The notes under the pieces: generated by a model
Database searches by the model: none
Told to the model about the DNA's origin: nothing
Seen by the model: the letters and a program-made list of their open reading frames with translations, nothing else
In this document: piece after piece, positions 1 to 10,109 of the stretch
How the letters are laid out: the number at the start of each line of letters is the position of its first letter
Numbering within the stretch: the stretch's first letter is position 1
Position numbers and translations under genes: made by a program
Source of the DNA: Verrucomicrobiota bacterium
Lineage (GTDB): Bacteria > Verrucomicrobiota > Verrucomicrobiia > Opitutales > Cerasicoccaceae
NCBI GenBank assembly: GCA_039818205.1
Contig: JBCBUK010000002.1
Span: forward strand, 384,001-448,000
Length of the DNA stretch: 64,000 nt
Reading direction: 5' to 3'

Positions 1-3000
1 GCCAACGGCAATGATCCCGGTGATGCCGGATTCCTCATTGACGATTGTAGTGTCGAAAATCGTTAACGTGCTATTATCGCTGACTTCGATGAAGCCTGGA
101 TTAATCAAGTTGCTGCTGTCGGAAACATTGAGAGTCGTCGTGTTTAAGCCAGTGAAGATTATATTCGCACGATTGGTAATGGCCAGAGTGTCCGAGCCGA
201 TCGTGCCGGTTCCTCTAATCGTATTTGAATTGTTTATCAGGTGAGAGGTCGCAGCGTTGGTTCCAGCGATGCGCGATTGCGGGTCATCGTTCAGCGCAAT
301 GGTACCGAATCCATCGAGTGTAACAATACCGTCGATCAACAGAGAAGTGGTCCCTGTGGTTCCGATGATGTTCAGGTCACCATTGTTCTGAAAGCTATTG
401 AAAAGTGTAAGGGTATTGCCATTGGTGAGGTCAATCGGGGCATTGTTCTCAACGGAAACAAAGCTCGTTGTGTTTTGGATGCGAACATCACCTGGGCCAT
501 TAATCGAGCCGCCCAGGACACTCGCCGCGGCATTGAATACCACGTTTGATCCGATGCCTGAGACAATCTGGCCGCCACCAGTTTGATCGAAGGTGCCGCC
601 GAGGTTGAGGATTCCGCCATTCTCAGCGGTGAATACGCCGGTGTTGGTGATCGTCTCGGCGTTGATCGGATCGACATTTAATGAAATGCCGGAAAGGTCG
701 GCGGAAACGAGACCATGGTTCTCGATCGCCAGGAGATTGGAGCCAAAGTTGCCACCGCCCCGGATTGTATTTCCGGCCTGGTTGATTAGCCGTGCGTTCG
801 AGTTGGCTCCAACGATGCGCGATTGTGGGTCGCCATTCAGTCGGACCGTACCGCCGCCATCGAGCGTGACGATGTCCTCGATGATGAGGCTCGTGGTGCT
901 AGTCGTTCCGTTGATTTGAATCTCCCCTTGGTTCTGATAGATGCCAGATTGGTCAAGGGTGAGAGAAGAGGCGTTGTTGATGGATATGATTCCTTGGTTC
1001 AGAACACTGCCCGACAGGCGATTGGTGCCGCCCGTGGTTCGCATCTGGCTACCGGTTTCAACAAAGAGCGTTCCATTAATCAGGGAGCCGCCATTAAGGT
1101 TGATAGTCGAACTCGCACTGGCGAATACGTCACCACCATCAATCGTTGAGGCGCTTTGAATCGTGAGCGTTCCACCGTTGATTGCCTCGATGGAGCCGTT
1201 CGTGAATCCGTCGGTGTTGATTACCATCGTGTCCGAAATCGTGAGGAAGCCACCGTCGGCTTGGACAACGCCGATGTTTTCAAAATTGCCGGTGTCGTGG
1301 GCATCAATAATCAATGGCGTGGATACATTGCCGATGATGCGCCCTCCGGATTCGTTGGTAATCGCCAAGAGGTTATTACCAAATGAGCCTCCGCCGGAAA
1401 TGGTGTTGTCGACATTGATCAAGCGGTTTCCCGACGCGGAAGCGATGATACGGTTCTGCGGGTCGTTGAGAAGGGTGATCGTGCCGCCACCGTCGAGGAA
1501 GAAGTTCGGGCTTCCGATCACTAGCGAGGTGGTTCCGGTTGTGCCCAGCAGGTCAATGCTGCCAGCGTTGTTAAAATCGTTGGCTAGCGTCAGGCTGCCA
1601 CCATTGAGAACGCGGATTGGAGCGGAGGAAGAAACACCGCTCAAACTGGAGGATCCAGAAAAGTTAAATAGGCCTGCGCCGTTGGCAATCAATTGCCCAT
1701 TCAGGACGTGACTGCCAGAGAAATTAAAGACACCTTCATTGGCGCTCATGATCCCGATTGGTCCAAGGCCTTCGTCTTGATTAATCGTGGTGGCGGTGAA
1801 GTTGAATATGCCTCCGGAGAATGCCTCCATGATGCCGGTGTTAAAACTGTCGACGGAATCGTTGAGGTTGATCGAAAAGGTTCCGGTCGCGTCGATGCGG
1901 CCACGATTGGAGAGAGCCACCAGGTTATCGTTGATTGAGCCGCCTCCGAAAATTCGGTTGTCGACGTTGATCAGGCGATTGCCTGCGGCGGCCGATGAAA
2001 TGCGGCTTTGAGGATCATTGTTGAGCTCCAGCTCACCACCGCCCTGCAAGGTGACGGTGGCCCCATCGACACGGAAGTTCGTGGTCCCCGTGGTGCCGTT
2101 GACGAGGAATTTTCCTTGGTTGTTGATGACCGTGCCATCTTGGAATCCCAGAGTCGTTCCATTCGGAAGCACGATCTGGTTGCCGGACGGGAGTGTTACG
2201 AGTGTGCCGAGCACGTTGGTGCCAGCGAGATTGACCAATGTTGTTGCTGAAAACTGAATGTCGGCATTGAAAACATCGGAATTGGTGAGGTCCAACTGGG
2301 TGTTGTCTCCGAATTGAATGAGCCCACCGTCAATGTTGATACTAGAGAGTTCCAGTTCGGAATCATTCTGAATATCGATGAGGCCTGTTGAGTTGGTGAG
2401 GTCGCCATTGATGAGGCGTAAAATACCGCCATTGCTCGCGCGTAACGTGCCGGTATTGACGAAGGCGTTGCCAGTCGATGGGTCAATGATCAACCGGTTG
2501 GATAAGTTGGCATCGATGATATGCTGGTTAACGAATGTTCCGCTGTTGTCGACAATCGTGCCGGCACCGCTGATCACGTTGTCGACATTGATGAAGCCAT
2601 TGGATGCGGCGGTTCCTTCGATTCGGTTTCCCGCGCTGTCGCTCAAAAAAATGTTCCCGCCGCCCTGGAAGGTTACTGCCCCGGTGCCGGTCGACTGCAG
2701 TGCGGTTGTTGTGCCGTTTGAATTCAGGAAGATGTCACCCCCGTTAACAAAATTTGTTGATGCGTCGATGCGCAATGCGTCTCCAAACTCGATATTGACC
2801 ACTCCACCCGCGGGATTCGTGAAGCTTCCACCAACGATATTGGTGTTACCGGTTATATCGATGATGCCGGTCGCAGAATTCGCAAGGGTTACGCCAGTAA
2901 AGATGCTCGAAGAGGAAGTAAGCTTCGAGTTGGCCGAGAGTGTCAAATTCCCGTTATTGATGTCTATGCCGGATGCTTCCAAGTTGCTGCCGGTATCCGC

Positions 3001-4914
3001 CAGGATTTGGCCACCCGCATTTTCGATCGTTCCATTGATTAAGCGTAGGGTGGCGCCATTGGTCGACTGAAGCATGCCACTGTTGACCATGGCCTGCGTG
3101 TTGTCTGGATCGATAATCAGTGGAGTCACCTGGTCCGCCCGGATAATCGCCTGGTTTTCAAAGCTACCGGCGTTATCTATGATTGTGCCCGATCCGCGGA
3201 TTAAATGGTCGACGTTGACGAAGCCAGCGGAGGAGTTTTGGCCTTCAATGCGATTGGCAGCACTGGAGGTGAGGTTGATGGTTCCGCCACCTTGGAGCAT
3301 GACCGGGCTGTTGCCAGTCGCCTGTAGGGTTGTGGTAACGCCCGTTGAGGACAGATTGATTGTTCCCCCGTTGTTGAAGGCCGTCGTGCCGTCAAGCCGG
3401 AGACGGCTTCCGTTCTCGATGTTGATCGCGCTGCCTGCTGGAGTCAGGAGGGATCCTCCCGTGATCTCAGTGTTGCCGGTTACCTCGATCGTACTGGTGG
3501 TGGAATTGGCGATACTCACACCAGCGAAGGTGGACGTGGAGGTGTCCATGGTAACGCCGGCTCCAAGGGTAATTGTGCCATCAGTGATGTTAGAACTGGA
3601 AAACTCGAGGCGGGTGCCGTCATCGGCGATGATCTGACCGCCGGTATTGGTGACATCGCCGGTGATGAAGCGTAGGGTGGCGCCACTGGATGCTCGCAAT
3701 ATACCTGAGTTTATCATCGGGATCCCCGTTGCGGGATCAATGATGAGTGGGGTCGATTGATTGGCGATAATTACGCTTTGATTCTCGAAGCTACCGGAAT
3801 TATCAATGATCGTTCCTGAGCCTGAGATCGTTTGGTCGACATTGACGAAGCCGGAAAGGGAATTGTCTCCTTCAATGCGGTTGGCGGCTGAATTGCTCAA
3901 TAAGACACTGCCACCCCCCTGCAAGAGAACGGTACCACTTCCGGTTGCCCTCAAGGTTGTGGTTGTGCCGCTGCTAAGGATGTTGATGTCGCTAACATTG
4001 TTGACCGTGGTGCTGGCATCAATTTCGAGGCGGCTTCCATTCTGAATATTGATTACGGAACCAACTGGGTTATTGATCGAGCCGCTAGTCACGGTGGTGG
4101 ATCCGGAAACCTCGATTGCCCCACTGGTATTGACGATGTCGACCCCGACGAAATCGGCGATGGATGTTTCTGCGGTCGAGTTACCCGTAATCTCCAACGT
4201 GCCATTGTTGATGTCGGCATTGATGACTCGGACCTGGGAACCGTTGATCGCTCGAATCAAGCCGCCACCATTGTCGATCTCGCCACTGATGATTTGCAGC
4301 GTCGCACCATTGTCTGCCTGAAGGGTGCCCGAGTTGATCATGGCGATGCCGGTGGCCGGATCGATGATTAGCGGCACGGATTGGTCCGCCTGTATAATGC
4401 CACGGTTGTCGAAGCCTCCCGCGTTGTCGATAATGGTTCCGGAACCGCGGATGAGTGTGTCGATATTGATAAAGCCACTCGTAGTGGAGGAGCCTTCGAG
4501 GCGGTTGCTCGCAATGTTCCCCAGATTGATGGTGCCGCCTTGGAGAGTTACGGGCGTTGTGCCGACTGCTCGGAGAGTCGAGGTTGCGCCGGTGGATGAA
4601 ATATTGATGGTGCCGTTGGTGACATTGCCGCCGTTGATTTCCAGAAGATCTCCATTTAGGATATCGACGGTGCTGGAAGGGTTCAGCAGAACGCTATCGA
4701 CTGTAACCGGGGACAGGACACTGACCGTGGTGTTGGGAGTCAGGATTTGGACGTCAAATACCTGGCCGTTGTTGTCGGGGACGACATTCAGGTTCCAGTT
4801 GTCGGCGTCGTTCCAGCTCCCAGTGGCGGGCCCGATCCAATCGATCGTGACCGCGGAGGACGGCAGTGCGGCAGCTAAAGCGGCAATTGGTAAAATTATG
4901 GCAGCAGTTTTCAC
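1..4914 (-). CDS. Very large secreted beta-helix/beta-strand repeat surface protein (adhesin-like), 3' end runs off the window
   Basis: Hand translation from GTG at 4914 gives MKTAAIILPIAALAAALPSSAVTIDWIGPATGSWNDADNW (signal peptide, then W..W..W start). The same frame at base 1 reads IFDTTIVNEESGITGIIAVG. No terminated ORF in this frame appears in the track, consistent with no stop. Rich in G/N/T/S/I. An in-frame TAA lies 11 codons upstream of the GTG. Confidence 0.9.
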   Translation of the reverse strand, partial: MKTAAIILPIAALAAALPSSAVTIDWIGPATGSWNDADNWNLNVVPDNNGQVFDVQILTPNTTVSVLSPVTVDSVLLNPSSTVDILNGDLLEINGGNVTNGTINISSTGATSTLRAVGTTPVTLQGGTINLGNIASNRLEGSSTTSGFINIDTLIRGSGTIIDNAGGFDNRGIIQADQSVPLIIDPATGIAMINSGTLQADNGATLQIISGEIDNGGGLIRAINGSQVRVINADINNGTLEITGNSTAETSIADFVGVDIVNTSGAIEVSGSTTVTSGSINNPVGSVINIQNGSRLEIDASTTVNNVSDINILSSGTTTTLRATGSGTVLLQGGGSVLLSNSAANRIEGDNSLSGFVNVDQTISGSGTIIDNSGSFENQSVIIANQSTPLIIDPATGIPMINSGILRASSGATLRFITGDVTNTGGQIIADDGTRLEFSSSNITDGTITLGAGVTMDTSTSTFAGVSIANSTTSTIEVTGNTEITGGSLLTPAGSAINIENGSRLRLDGTTAFNNGGTINLSSTGVTTTLQATGNSPVMLQGGGTINLTSSAANRIEGQNSSAGFVNVDHLIRGSGTIIDNAGSFENQAIIRADQVTPLIIDPDNTQAMVNSGMLQSTNGATLRLINGTIENAGGQILADTGSNLEASGIDINNGNLTLSANSKLTSSSSIFTGVTLANSATGIIDITGNTNIVGGSFTNPAGGVVNIEFGDALRIDASTNFVNGGDIFLNSNGTTTALQSTGTGAVTFQGGGNIFLSDSAGNRIEGTAASNGFINVDNVISGAGTIVDNSGTFVNQHIIDANLSNRLIIDPSTGNAFVNTGTLRASNGGILRLINGDLTNSTGLIDIQNDSELELSSINIDGGLIQFGDNTQLDLTNSDVFNADIQFSATTLVNLAGTNVLGTLVTLPSGNQIVLPNGTTLGFQDGTVINNQGKFLVNGTTGTTNFRVDGATVTLQGGGELELNNDPQSRISSAAAGNRLINVDNRIFGGGSINDNLVALSNRGRIDATGTFSINLNDSVDSFNTGIMEAFSGGIFNFTATTINQDEGLGPIGIMSANEGVFNFSGSHVLNGQLIANGAGLFNFSGSSSLSGVSSSAPIRVLNGGSLTLANDFNNAGSIDLLGTTGTTSLVIGSPNFFLDGGGTITLLNDPQNRIIASASGNRLINVDNTISGGGSFGNNLLAITNESGGRIIGNVSTPLIIDAHDTGNFENIGVVQADGGFLTISDTMVINTDGFTNGSIEAINGGTLTIQSASTIDGGDVFASASSTINLNGGSLINGTLFVETGSQMRTTGGTNRLSGSVLNQGIISINNASSLTLDQSGIYQNQGEIQINGTTSTTSLIIEDIVTLDGGGTVRLNGDPQSRIVGANSNARLINQAGNTIRGGGNFGSNLLAIENHGLVSADLSGISLNVDPINAETITNTGVFTAENGGILNLGGTFDQTGGGQIVSGIGSNVVFNAAASVLGGSINGPGDVRIQNTTSFVSVENNAPIDLTNGNTLTLFNSFQNNGDLNIIGTTGTTSLLIDGIVTLDGFGTIALNDDPQSRIAGTNAATSHLINNSNTIRGTGTIGSDTLAITNRANIIFTGLNTTTLNVSDSSNLINPGFIEVSDNSTLTIFDTTIVNEESGITGIIAVG
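271..4506 (-). repeat. Eight degenerate intragenic repeats of about 182-211 aa
   Basis: The (N/S)R(I/L) anchor recurs near 4501, 3877, 3250, 2623, 2002, 1450, 817 and 271. Spacings are 624, 627, 627, 621, 552, 633 and 546 bp, all multiples of 3. The most similar copies read NRIEG..GFVNVDQTISGSGTIIDN..FEN..IIA.Q..PLIIDP. Confidence 0.8.
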
Positions 4915-5070
4915 GGTCAGGAGAGTGTTCCCCTGACTAAAAAATTAATACCGATAAACAGCATTCCTAAAAATCAGGGGTGTCCAACCTAAGATTTTGG
5001 AGCTACCGAGGCAAGCTCAATTGGCGCTGATCCTGCTCCAAATCTGGCGCCCAAGGAGATACTAATGGCC

Positions 5071-5934
5071 TTATTGCTGGACGATTTCCACCTCATCAAT
5101 TTCCGCGAGGAGGCCATTTACCTCTGCAGCAGATATCTGGTTGAGATAGTCCTCCGAAAACAGCTGTTCGTCGATATCCAGGTTGAGGCGACTTTTTAGC
5201 ACTTTGAACACCGTGATGGTATCCCGGTCCAGATTGGACATGACTGCAAAGCGGGGTCGCACGGTTTTGCCGTCCACATCGGGGGAGCGATACTCGTAAG
5301 CCTGAAGTTCCTTGATGCGCTCGTCGTCGTCATTGTAGAACACGATTTTCCGAACCTCGAAGCTGGTTGGGTCGACGTAAATGTCGCGGTAGGCGTACTG
5401 GCTCTCAGCGGATTTTTCCGGATTGGCTCGAACGACCGCGCAGACTTCACCCTGCGCAACGCCATCTGGCAGGCGCTGGTAGCTGTTGCGGTTTGGGGCT
5501 TCGCGAATCAAGTCTTCGTAGGCGAAGTCCGAGCCGAGGAAGGCACCCGAGCGGTTGACGCCAGCCAGCTTCACTGGTTTTTCTTGTGCCGGAAAGTAGA
5601 GGAATTGGTCCACCGAGTCATCGCCAGAAACGTTCGTCAATACGCTGAGCCCTTCGACGTCTTTCGGGCGAACGAGGCGAATTAGGTAGTCGAAACCACC
5701 CTCGGGCTTCTTCTTGGTGAGAGCCAGGAAGCGTCGCTTGACCACGTCTTTGGATGGTGACTCAGAGTCGAAGGTCTTCATCTCAATGAACGCCAGCTCA
5801 GAGTCGACCGTTTGGGTCTTCGCGTAGTGGTCCATCAATTCGCGGCCATCCATTGAGGAAATGTCCTTTTCCGCGAAGGCAAAGGCGGACGAAAGGAAAC
5901 ATGCAAAACTCAGGACAAGGGTGTATCTGATCAT
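5071..5934 (-). CDS. Outer-membrane lipoprotein-sorting protein (LolA-like/DUF1329-type)
   Basis: Signal peptide MIRYTLVLSFACFLSSAFAFA. Family-typical motifs P.DV.G..L, QFLYFPA and GAFLGSDFAYEDL. Start moved from 6009 to the ATG at 5934. Confidence 0.8.
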   Translation of the reverse strand: MIRYTLVLSFACFLSSAFAFAEKDISSMDGRELMDHYAKTQTVDSELAFIEMKTFDSESPSKDVVKRRFLALTKKKPEGGFDYLIRLVRPKDVEGLSVLTNVSGDDSVDQFLYFPAQEKPVKLAGVNRSGAFLGSDFAYEDLIREAPNRNSYQRLPDGVAQGEVCAVVRANPEKSAESQYAYRDIYVDPTSFEVRKIVFYNDDDERIKELQAYEYRSPDVDGKTVRPRFAVMSNLDRDTITVFKVLKSRLNLDIDEQLFSEDYLNQISAAEVNGLLAEIDEVEIVQQ

Positions 5935-6032
5935 AGTAGGCTTGGTGTTGGCAGAGTTGCTTGATGTGTTTAAATGGTGTTTCCCCCTCAGTAAATGAAT
6001 TTTTTGCAAATGTGGCGGTTCGGAGTGGGCAC

Positions 6033-6060
6033 AAAAAAAGCCCGGACATGCCGGGCTTTT
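6033..6060 (-). terminator. Intrinsic terminator of mdh
   Basis: Hairpin AAAAGCCCGG-acatg-CCGGGCTTTT with a T7 tract on the minus strand, 17 bp past the mdh stop. Confidence 0.85.
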
Positions 6061-6077
6061 CGGGGAGAAACCTTGGA

Positions 6078-7061
6078 TTAGAGGGCCGCGAGAGCCATTT
6101 CGCGCTCGTCGGTCAACTCTTGATTAGATTTTGCGATTTGCTCCTTGGCGTATTCGGTCAGCTCGATGCCTTCGACTACGGACCAGTCGGTGCCGTTGCT
6201 CTTGATTGGCAGGGAGGTGATAATGCCTTCGGGCACTCCATATTCGCCCTTGGAAAGGACGCAAACGCTGTGGAAATCGCCTTCGGGGGTTGGTGTGGTC
6301 AGGCTGACTACGGTGTCAACAACCGCGTTGGCCGCCGAGGCGGCTGACGAAGCACCCCGTGCCTCGATGATCGCGGCGCCCCGCTTGCCAACGGTGGGCA
6401 CGAAGGTTTCCTGCAGCCAGGCTTCATCGGAAATAACGTCAGTCGCGGATTTGCCCTCGATCTTGGTGTTGTAGAAATCCGGGAACATGGTCGGGGAGTG
6501 GTTGCCCCAGACGCAGAGGTTGGTGACGTCTTTGACGGCGACGCCTGCTTTTTGTGCCAGCTGAGTCTTTGCGCGGTTTTCGTCGAGGCGGGTCATCGCG
6601 AACCAGCGATCCGAAGGAATGTCCGGCGCATGCTTCATCGCGATCAGGCAATTGGTGTTGCAGGGGTTACCCACAACGACAATACGCACATCCTTGGCGG
6701 CATTGTCATTGATGGCTTTGCCTTGACCGACGAAGATCTTGCCGTTGATGCCGAGAAGATCTGCGCGCTCCATGCCCTTTTTGCGGGGAACGGACCCGAC
6801 GAGTAGCGCCCAGTTGACGTCCTTGAATCCTTCGTTCAAGTCCGCAGTTTGGACGATTTCAGTCAGGAGCGGGAATGCGCAGTCATCCAGTTCCATGGCC
6901 ACACCCTTGAGGGCGTTGAGCGCAGGTTCGATCTCAATGAGATTCAGCGCCACTGGCTGATCCGGACCAAACATTTGGCCCGAGGCGATGCGGAAAAGAA
7001 GGGCGTAGCCGATATTGCCGGCTGCGCCGGTTACGGCGACTCGGATGGGTTGCTTGCTCAT
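6078..7061 (-). CDS. mdh: Malate dehydrogenase (cytosolic/MDH2 type)
   Basis: [54 protein letters not shown]. Confidence 0.97.
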   Translation of the reverse strand: MSKQPIRVAVTGAAGNIGYALLFRIASGQMFGPDQPVALNLIEIEPALNALKGVAMELDDCAFPLLTEIVQTADLNEGFKDVNWALLVGSVPRKKGMERADLLGINGKIFVGQGKAINDNAAKDVRIVVVGNPCNTNCLIAMKHAPDIPSDRWFAMTRLDENRAKTQLAQKAGVAVKDVTNLCVWGNHSPTMFPDFYNTKIEGKSATDVISDEAWLQETFVPTVGKRGAAIIEARGASSAASAANAVVDTVVSLTTPTPEGDFHSVCVLSKGEYGVPEGIITSLPIKSNGTDWSVVEGIELTEYAKEQIAKSNQELTDEREMALAAL

Positions 7062-7347
7062 GTTAGCTATTGGCTGTGAGGTTTGATTGTAAATGGACAG
7101 GGCACCTGGCGCGTCCAATTCGGGAGACCATTAGAGTCTTTGATGGGTCTTCTTTCGATCGTCAACTGCCAAGAACGCTGTCTAGACTGATGATTAAACA
7201 AACTTATCTGTCTGCTAGAAGAAGATTCGTTAATCTCTCAGCTTTATAAGCACAGGTTGTTGCGGGGGAAAGGTGGGCTATTTGGCGATGCGCGGGGTTA
7301 GCTTACATCGACGGGGTTCCGAAGTGCGATTCTTGGATTCTGTGAAC

Positions 7348-7953
7348 TCACCGATTGATTTGGTCCCGGAGAGATACCATGGCCTCGATTTGCGGGGTTA
7401 GCTTGCGAGCGATGTGGCGCTTGGAATAGAGAACGCCCATCGCCGCTATCGTTGCCAGTAGCCCGCCGACCGCAATGCCGACCATTGGGTTGGATTCATC
7501 AACCGCGATATTATAGCCGAACAGGGGTATGATCAAAAGCAAGGCCCAGACGGTCCATTTTGTCGTCTTGAGAAGGCTAATTTGTTTTTCGTGGTCATCA
7601 ATCAGTCGATCGACCTGAGCCACCAATGACGACTCATACCGCCTTTGGCTTTGCCGCCAGACGATGCGCCAAGCCAAACGATAACTGGCAAGGGCCAGGA
7701 AGATTAATCCGGTGGCGACTAGCGTAATGGTGCGCAGGTATTCTCCATCGATAGCGAAGGAAATGCCATGGTAGCAAAGGAAGCCGCACGTAGCTAAACC
7801 GAACAGTACGTCGCTGGTGTCGCGGAAAAACGCGCTTCGAGTGAGTCTCTGATTCTCCTCCGCAATGTTTCTTGCTAACGATTTTTCATCGATAGCGAAA
7901 ACAGGTCGTTTGTGGCCTGATTCCCAAATGATTTTTAGCTCTTGGATTTCCAT
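7348..7953 (-). CDS. 4-TM membrane protein, putative anti-sigma factor
   Basis: MEIQELKIIW N-terminus and four hydrophobic segments; 3 bp downstream of the ECF sigma gene. Confidence 0.65.
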   Translation of the reverse strand: MEIQELKIIWESGHKRPVFAIDEKSLARNIAEENQRLTRSAFFRDTSDVLFGLATCGFLCYHGISFAIDGEYLRTITLVATGLIFLALASYRLAWRIVWRQSQRRYESSLVAQVDRLIDDHEKQISLLKTTKWTVWALLLIIPLFGYNIAVDESNPMVGIAVGGLLATIAAMGVLYSKRHIARKLTPQIEAMVSLRDQINR

Positions 7954-7956
7954 ATT

Positions 7957-8454
7957 CTAGTCCTTTCGAAGTTCTGAGGTTAGTTTCTTTTTGATTCGGT
8001 TGAACTTTACGCCGACGTTGCTCTCGCTGATTCCCAGAATGTCGGCGACCTCTTGATAGCTGTAGCCATCAAGAATCAGAATTACTAGTGACCGATTGAT
8101 CTCACCGAGCGTTGCAATCTGTTCATAGAGCCAATTCAAACGGGGATCGATCTGTTTGGTCGTCTTGCCAATTTCGTGAGCAACCTCATCGATGGATTGT
8201 GTTTTTGAATGGCGCGTCTTCTCGGATTTCGACCAGGCAATCGCTCGATATAGACAGACCCGGTAGATCCAGGTGGTGGGCGAGGCTGTCGCCCTAAATT
8301 GTGGGATCGACGACCAAACACAGGTTGCTAGTTCCTGGAATAGGTCCTTTCGGTCTTCAGGATTGGTTGTGAAGCTACACGCAATTTTGAGGAGGATGCC
8401 CTTGTGGTCCTTGAGCCATTTTTCAAATATTGCGTTCTGGTCGTGTGTTTTCAT
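7957..8454 (-). CDS. ECF RNA polymerase sigma factor
   Basis: Region 2 (DLFQE, TWIYRV) and region 4 (GYSYQEVADILGISESNVGVKFNRIKK); 165 aa. Confidence 0.93.
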   Translation of the reverse strand: MKTHDQNAIFEKWLKDHKGILLKIACSFTTNPEDRKDLFQELATCVWSSIPQFRATASPTTWIYRVCLYRAIAWSKSEKTRHSKTQSIDEVAHEIGKTTKQIDPRLNWLYEQIATLGEINRSLVILILDGYSYQEVADILGISESNVGVKFNRIKKKLTSELRKD

Positions 8455-8593
8455 CTCTGCTTTCTTAATCTAACTAGAGAGTTTATTGGGCAGGTTTCTT
8501 ACAATCGACCGAAACTTTTCTTTTCACACCTCCTGACGCGATGGCACTCTGCGATTGATTCGGGGTCTGGGTATTTGTCATGATAGCCTTTTA

Positions 8594-10093
8594 ATGAATC
8601 GATCACTGCTTCTAGTCATTTGCGATTTCCTGTTGCTGAGCCTGTTGGCGTTGGCGCGGTTTGACGACCCCGAGGAGGAGACGGTGCCAGAGGTGACTCG
8701 CGTGATTGAGCAGGATGCGGCCGCCAACCAGGACTTGATTGATGTGCTGAAACTATCGCTCGATACCGAGCAGGAGACCCGTGCCGAAATATCTTCGGAG
8801 CTCGAGTCGACTCGGGAAGAGTTGGAAGCACGGGCGAAGGTGTTGGCCGAGCGGGAAAAGAAACTCGCCGAGACTCAGCAAACGGCAGATCAGCTTGCCG
8901 AGGAAAAGGCTCGGCTGGAAAAACAGCGATCAGACCTGGCCAAGGCAAATGAAGAGGCGGAGCGGGAGCGTGTGCGCCTCGCCGAGCAAAGCGAGGCCGC
9001 ACGCCAGAAGTTGGAAGCAGCCGAGCGGGACCGTGTTGATTTGGCGAAGACTTTGGCTGATGTAAAAGAATCGGCCGCGACCTCGACTGAACGCCTGAAG
9101 ACTCTGCAGGAAGAACTCGCCGAGAAGGCAGCAGCGGTTGATCAGCTTCAGGAAGATCGGGAACGTTTGGCGAGCGAAGCCCGAACGGCGGAATTGCAGA
9201 ATCAAGCCCTGGCCGCCCAATTGGAGGTAGCGCAAACGGAGGTGCGGGTGGTTAACGATAACCTTGAATTGGCCCGGCGCGACATCGAGCTGAGCCGCGA
9301 GGAGCGTCAATCGATGCAAGAGACCACGACGATTCTTGCTGAGGGCGTTGGAGCGTTGGCAGAGTCTACCGATCGGATTCGTGAGGAAGTTCAACGAGCG
9401 CAGCCCATGTCGGCTAATGCGATTTTTGACCAGTTTCGCCGAAACAAAGTCACGTTAACGTTCGATAGCACCGAGTCGGGTTTGTTGGGTTCCAGCCAAG
9501 AACGCGACGTCGTTTCCACCGTTTTTGTACGCGGGGAAAATAGCGTGATCTACGCAATGATTCCAGTGAGCGGCACGCCGCTTGATACCGCGGGTATCAC
9601 GGCGGTGACCTGTAGAGTGCAGATTGGAGCACGGGCATTCCTCGCGAAGCGCTTGGGCGTGCTCGCGGCCGATCCTCGAATTTTGGTTTTGGCAATGGAC
9701 GAGCGCTACCTGGAAGGTAGCGGAATCGAACCCTATCCACTCGCGGTTGAGCCCTTGAAGTTTCCGCAGGCGGTTTTGATTGATACTGATCGCGAGTATT
9801 ATGGTGAGGTCGGATTCAAGATCGAGCCAAGCAACCCGGCATATCTCGAGATGGATTCATCCATTTTTAGCGACTTGTTTGGTGAGTTTTCGCCGGGTAA
9901 AGGTGATTTGGTTTTCTCCCAAACCGGTGCCTTGATCGGGGTGATGGTGAACGGGCAGTTCGCCGCGATCGTGCCCAATGCATTGGTCAATGGAAGTGTC
10001 ACACTCGGCGACGCGTTCTCGGAAAGCGATCTCGCGATTTATCGCAGCCGTTTGCGGGGCAACGAACGGGTGTTGCCCTCGCGCCTGCGATAG
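8594..10093 (+). CDS. Membrane-anchored coiled-coil protein with a degenerate trypsin-like C-terminal domain
   Basis: N-terminal TM LLVICDFLLLSLLAL, a ~230 aa E/A/L/R-rich coiled coil, and C-terminal SPGKGDLVFSQTGALIGVMV. Confidence 0.7.
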   Translation: MNRSLLLVICDFLLLSLLALARFDDPEEETVPEVTRVIEQDAAANQDLIDVLKLSLDTEQETRAEISSELESTREELEARAKVLAEREKKLAETQQTADQLAEEKARLEKQRSDLAKANEEAERERVRLAEQSEAARQKLEAAERDRVDLAKTLADVKESAATSTERLKTLQEELAEKAAAVDQLQEDRERLASEARTAELQNQALAAQLEVAQTEVRVVNDNLELARRDIELSREERQSMQETTTILAEGVGALAESTDRIREEVQRAQPMSANAIFDQFRRNKVTLTFDSTESGLLGSSQERDVVSTVFVRGENSVIYAMIPVSGTPLDTAGITAVTCRVQIGARAFLAKRLGVLAADPRILVLAMDERYLEGSGIEPYPLAVEPLKFPQAVLIDTDREYYGEVGFKIEPSNPAYLEMDSSIFSDLFGEFSPGKGDLVFSQTGALIGVMVNGQFAAIVPNALVNGSVTLGDAFSESDLAIYRSRLRGNERVLPSRLR

Positions 10094-10109
10094 TCTCTGG
10101 CGTGAAGGA

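Noticed and set aside
11..4936. Numerous + strand ORFs (e.g. 2378-3070, 3074-3637, 4325-4936) and short minus-strand ORFs
   Set aside because: Antisense or out-of-frame shadows of the giant minus-strand gene; their P/L/V/M-rich composition is what the complement of G/N/T/I codons produces
7292..7404. 13-bp direct repeat GCGGGGTTAGCTT, 100 bp apart
   Set aside because: Only two short copies, one inside a CDS, with no element between them; compatible with chance
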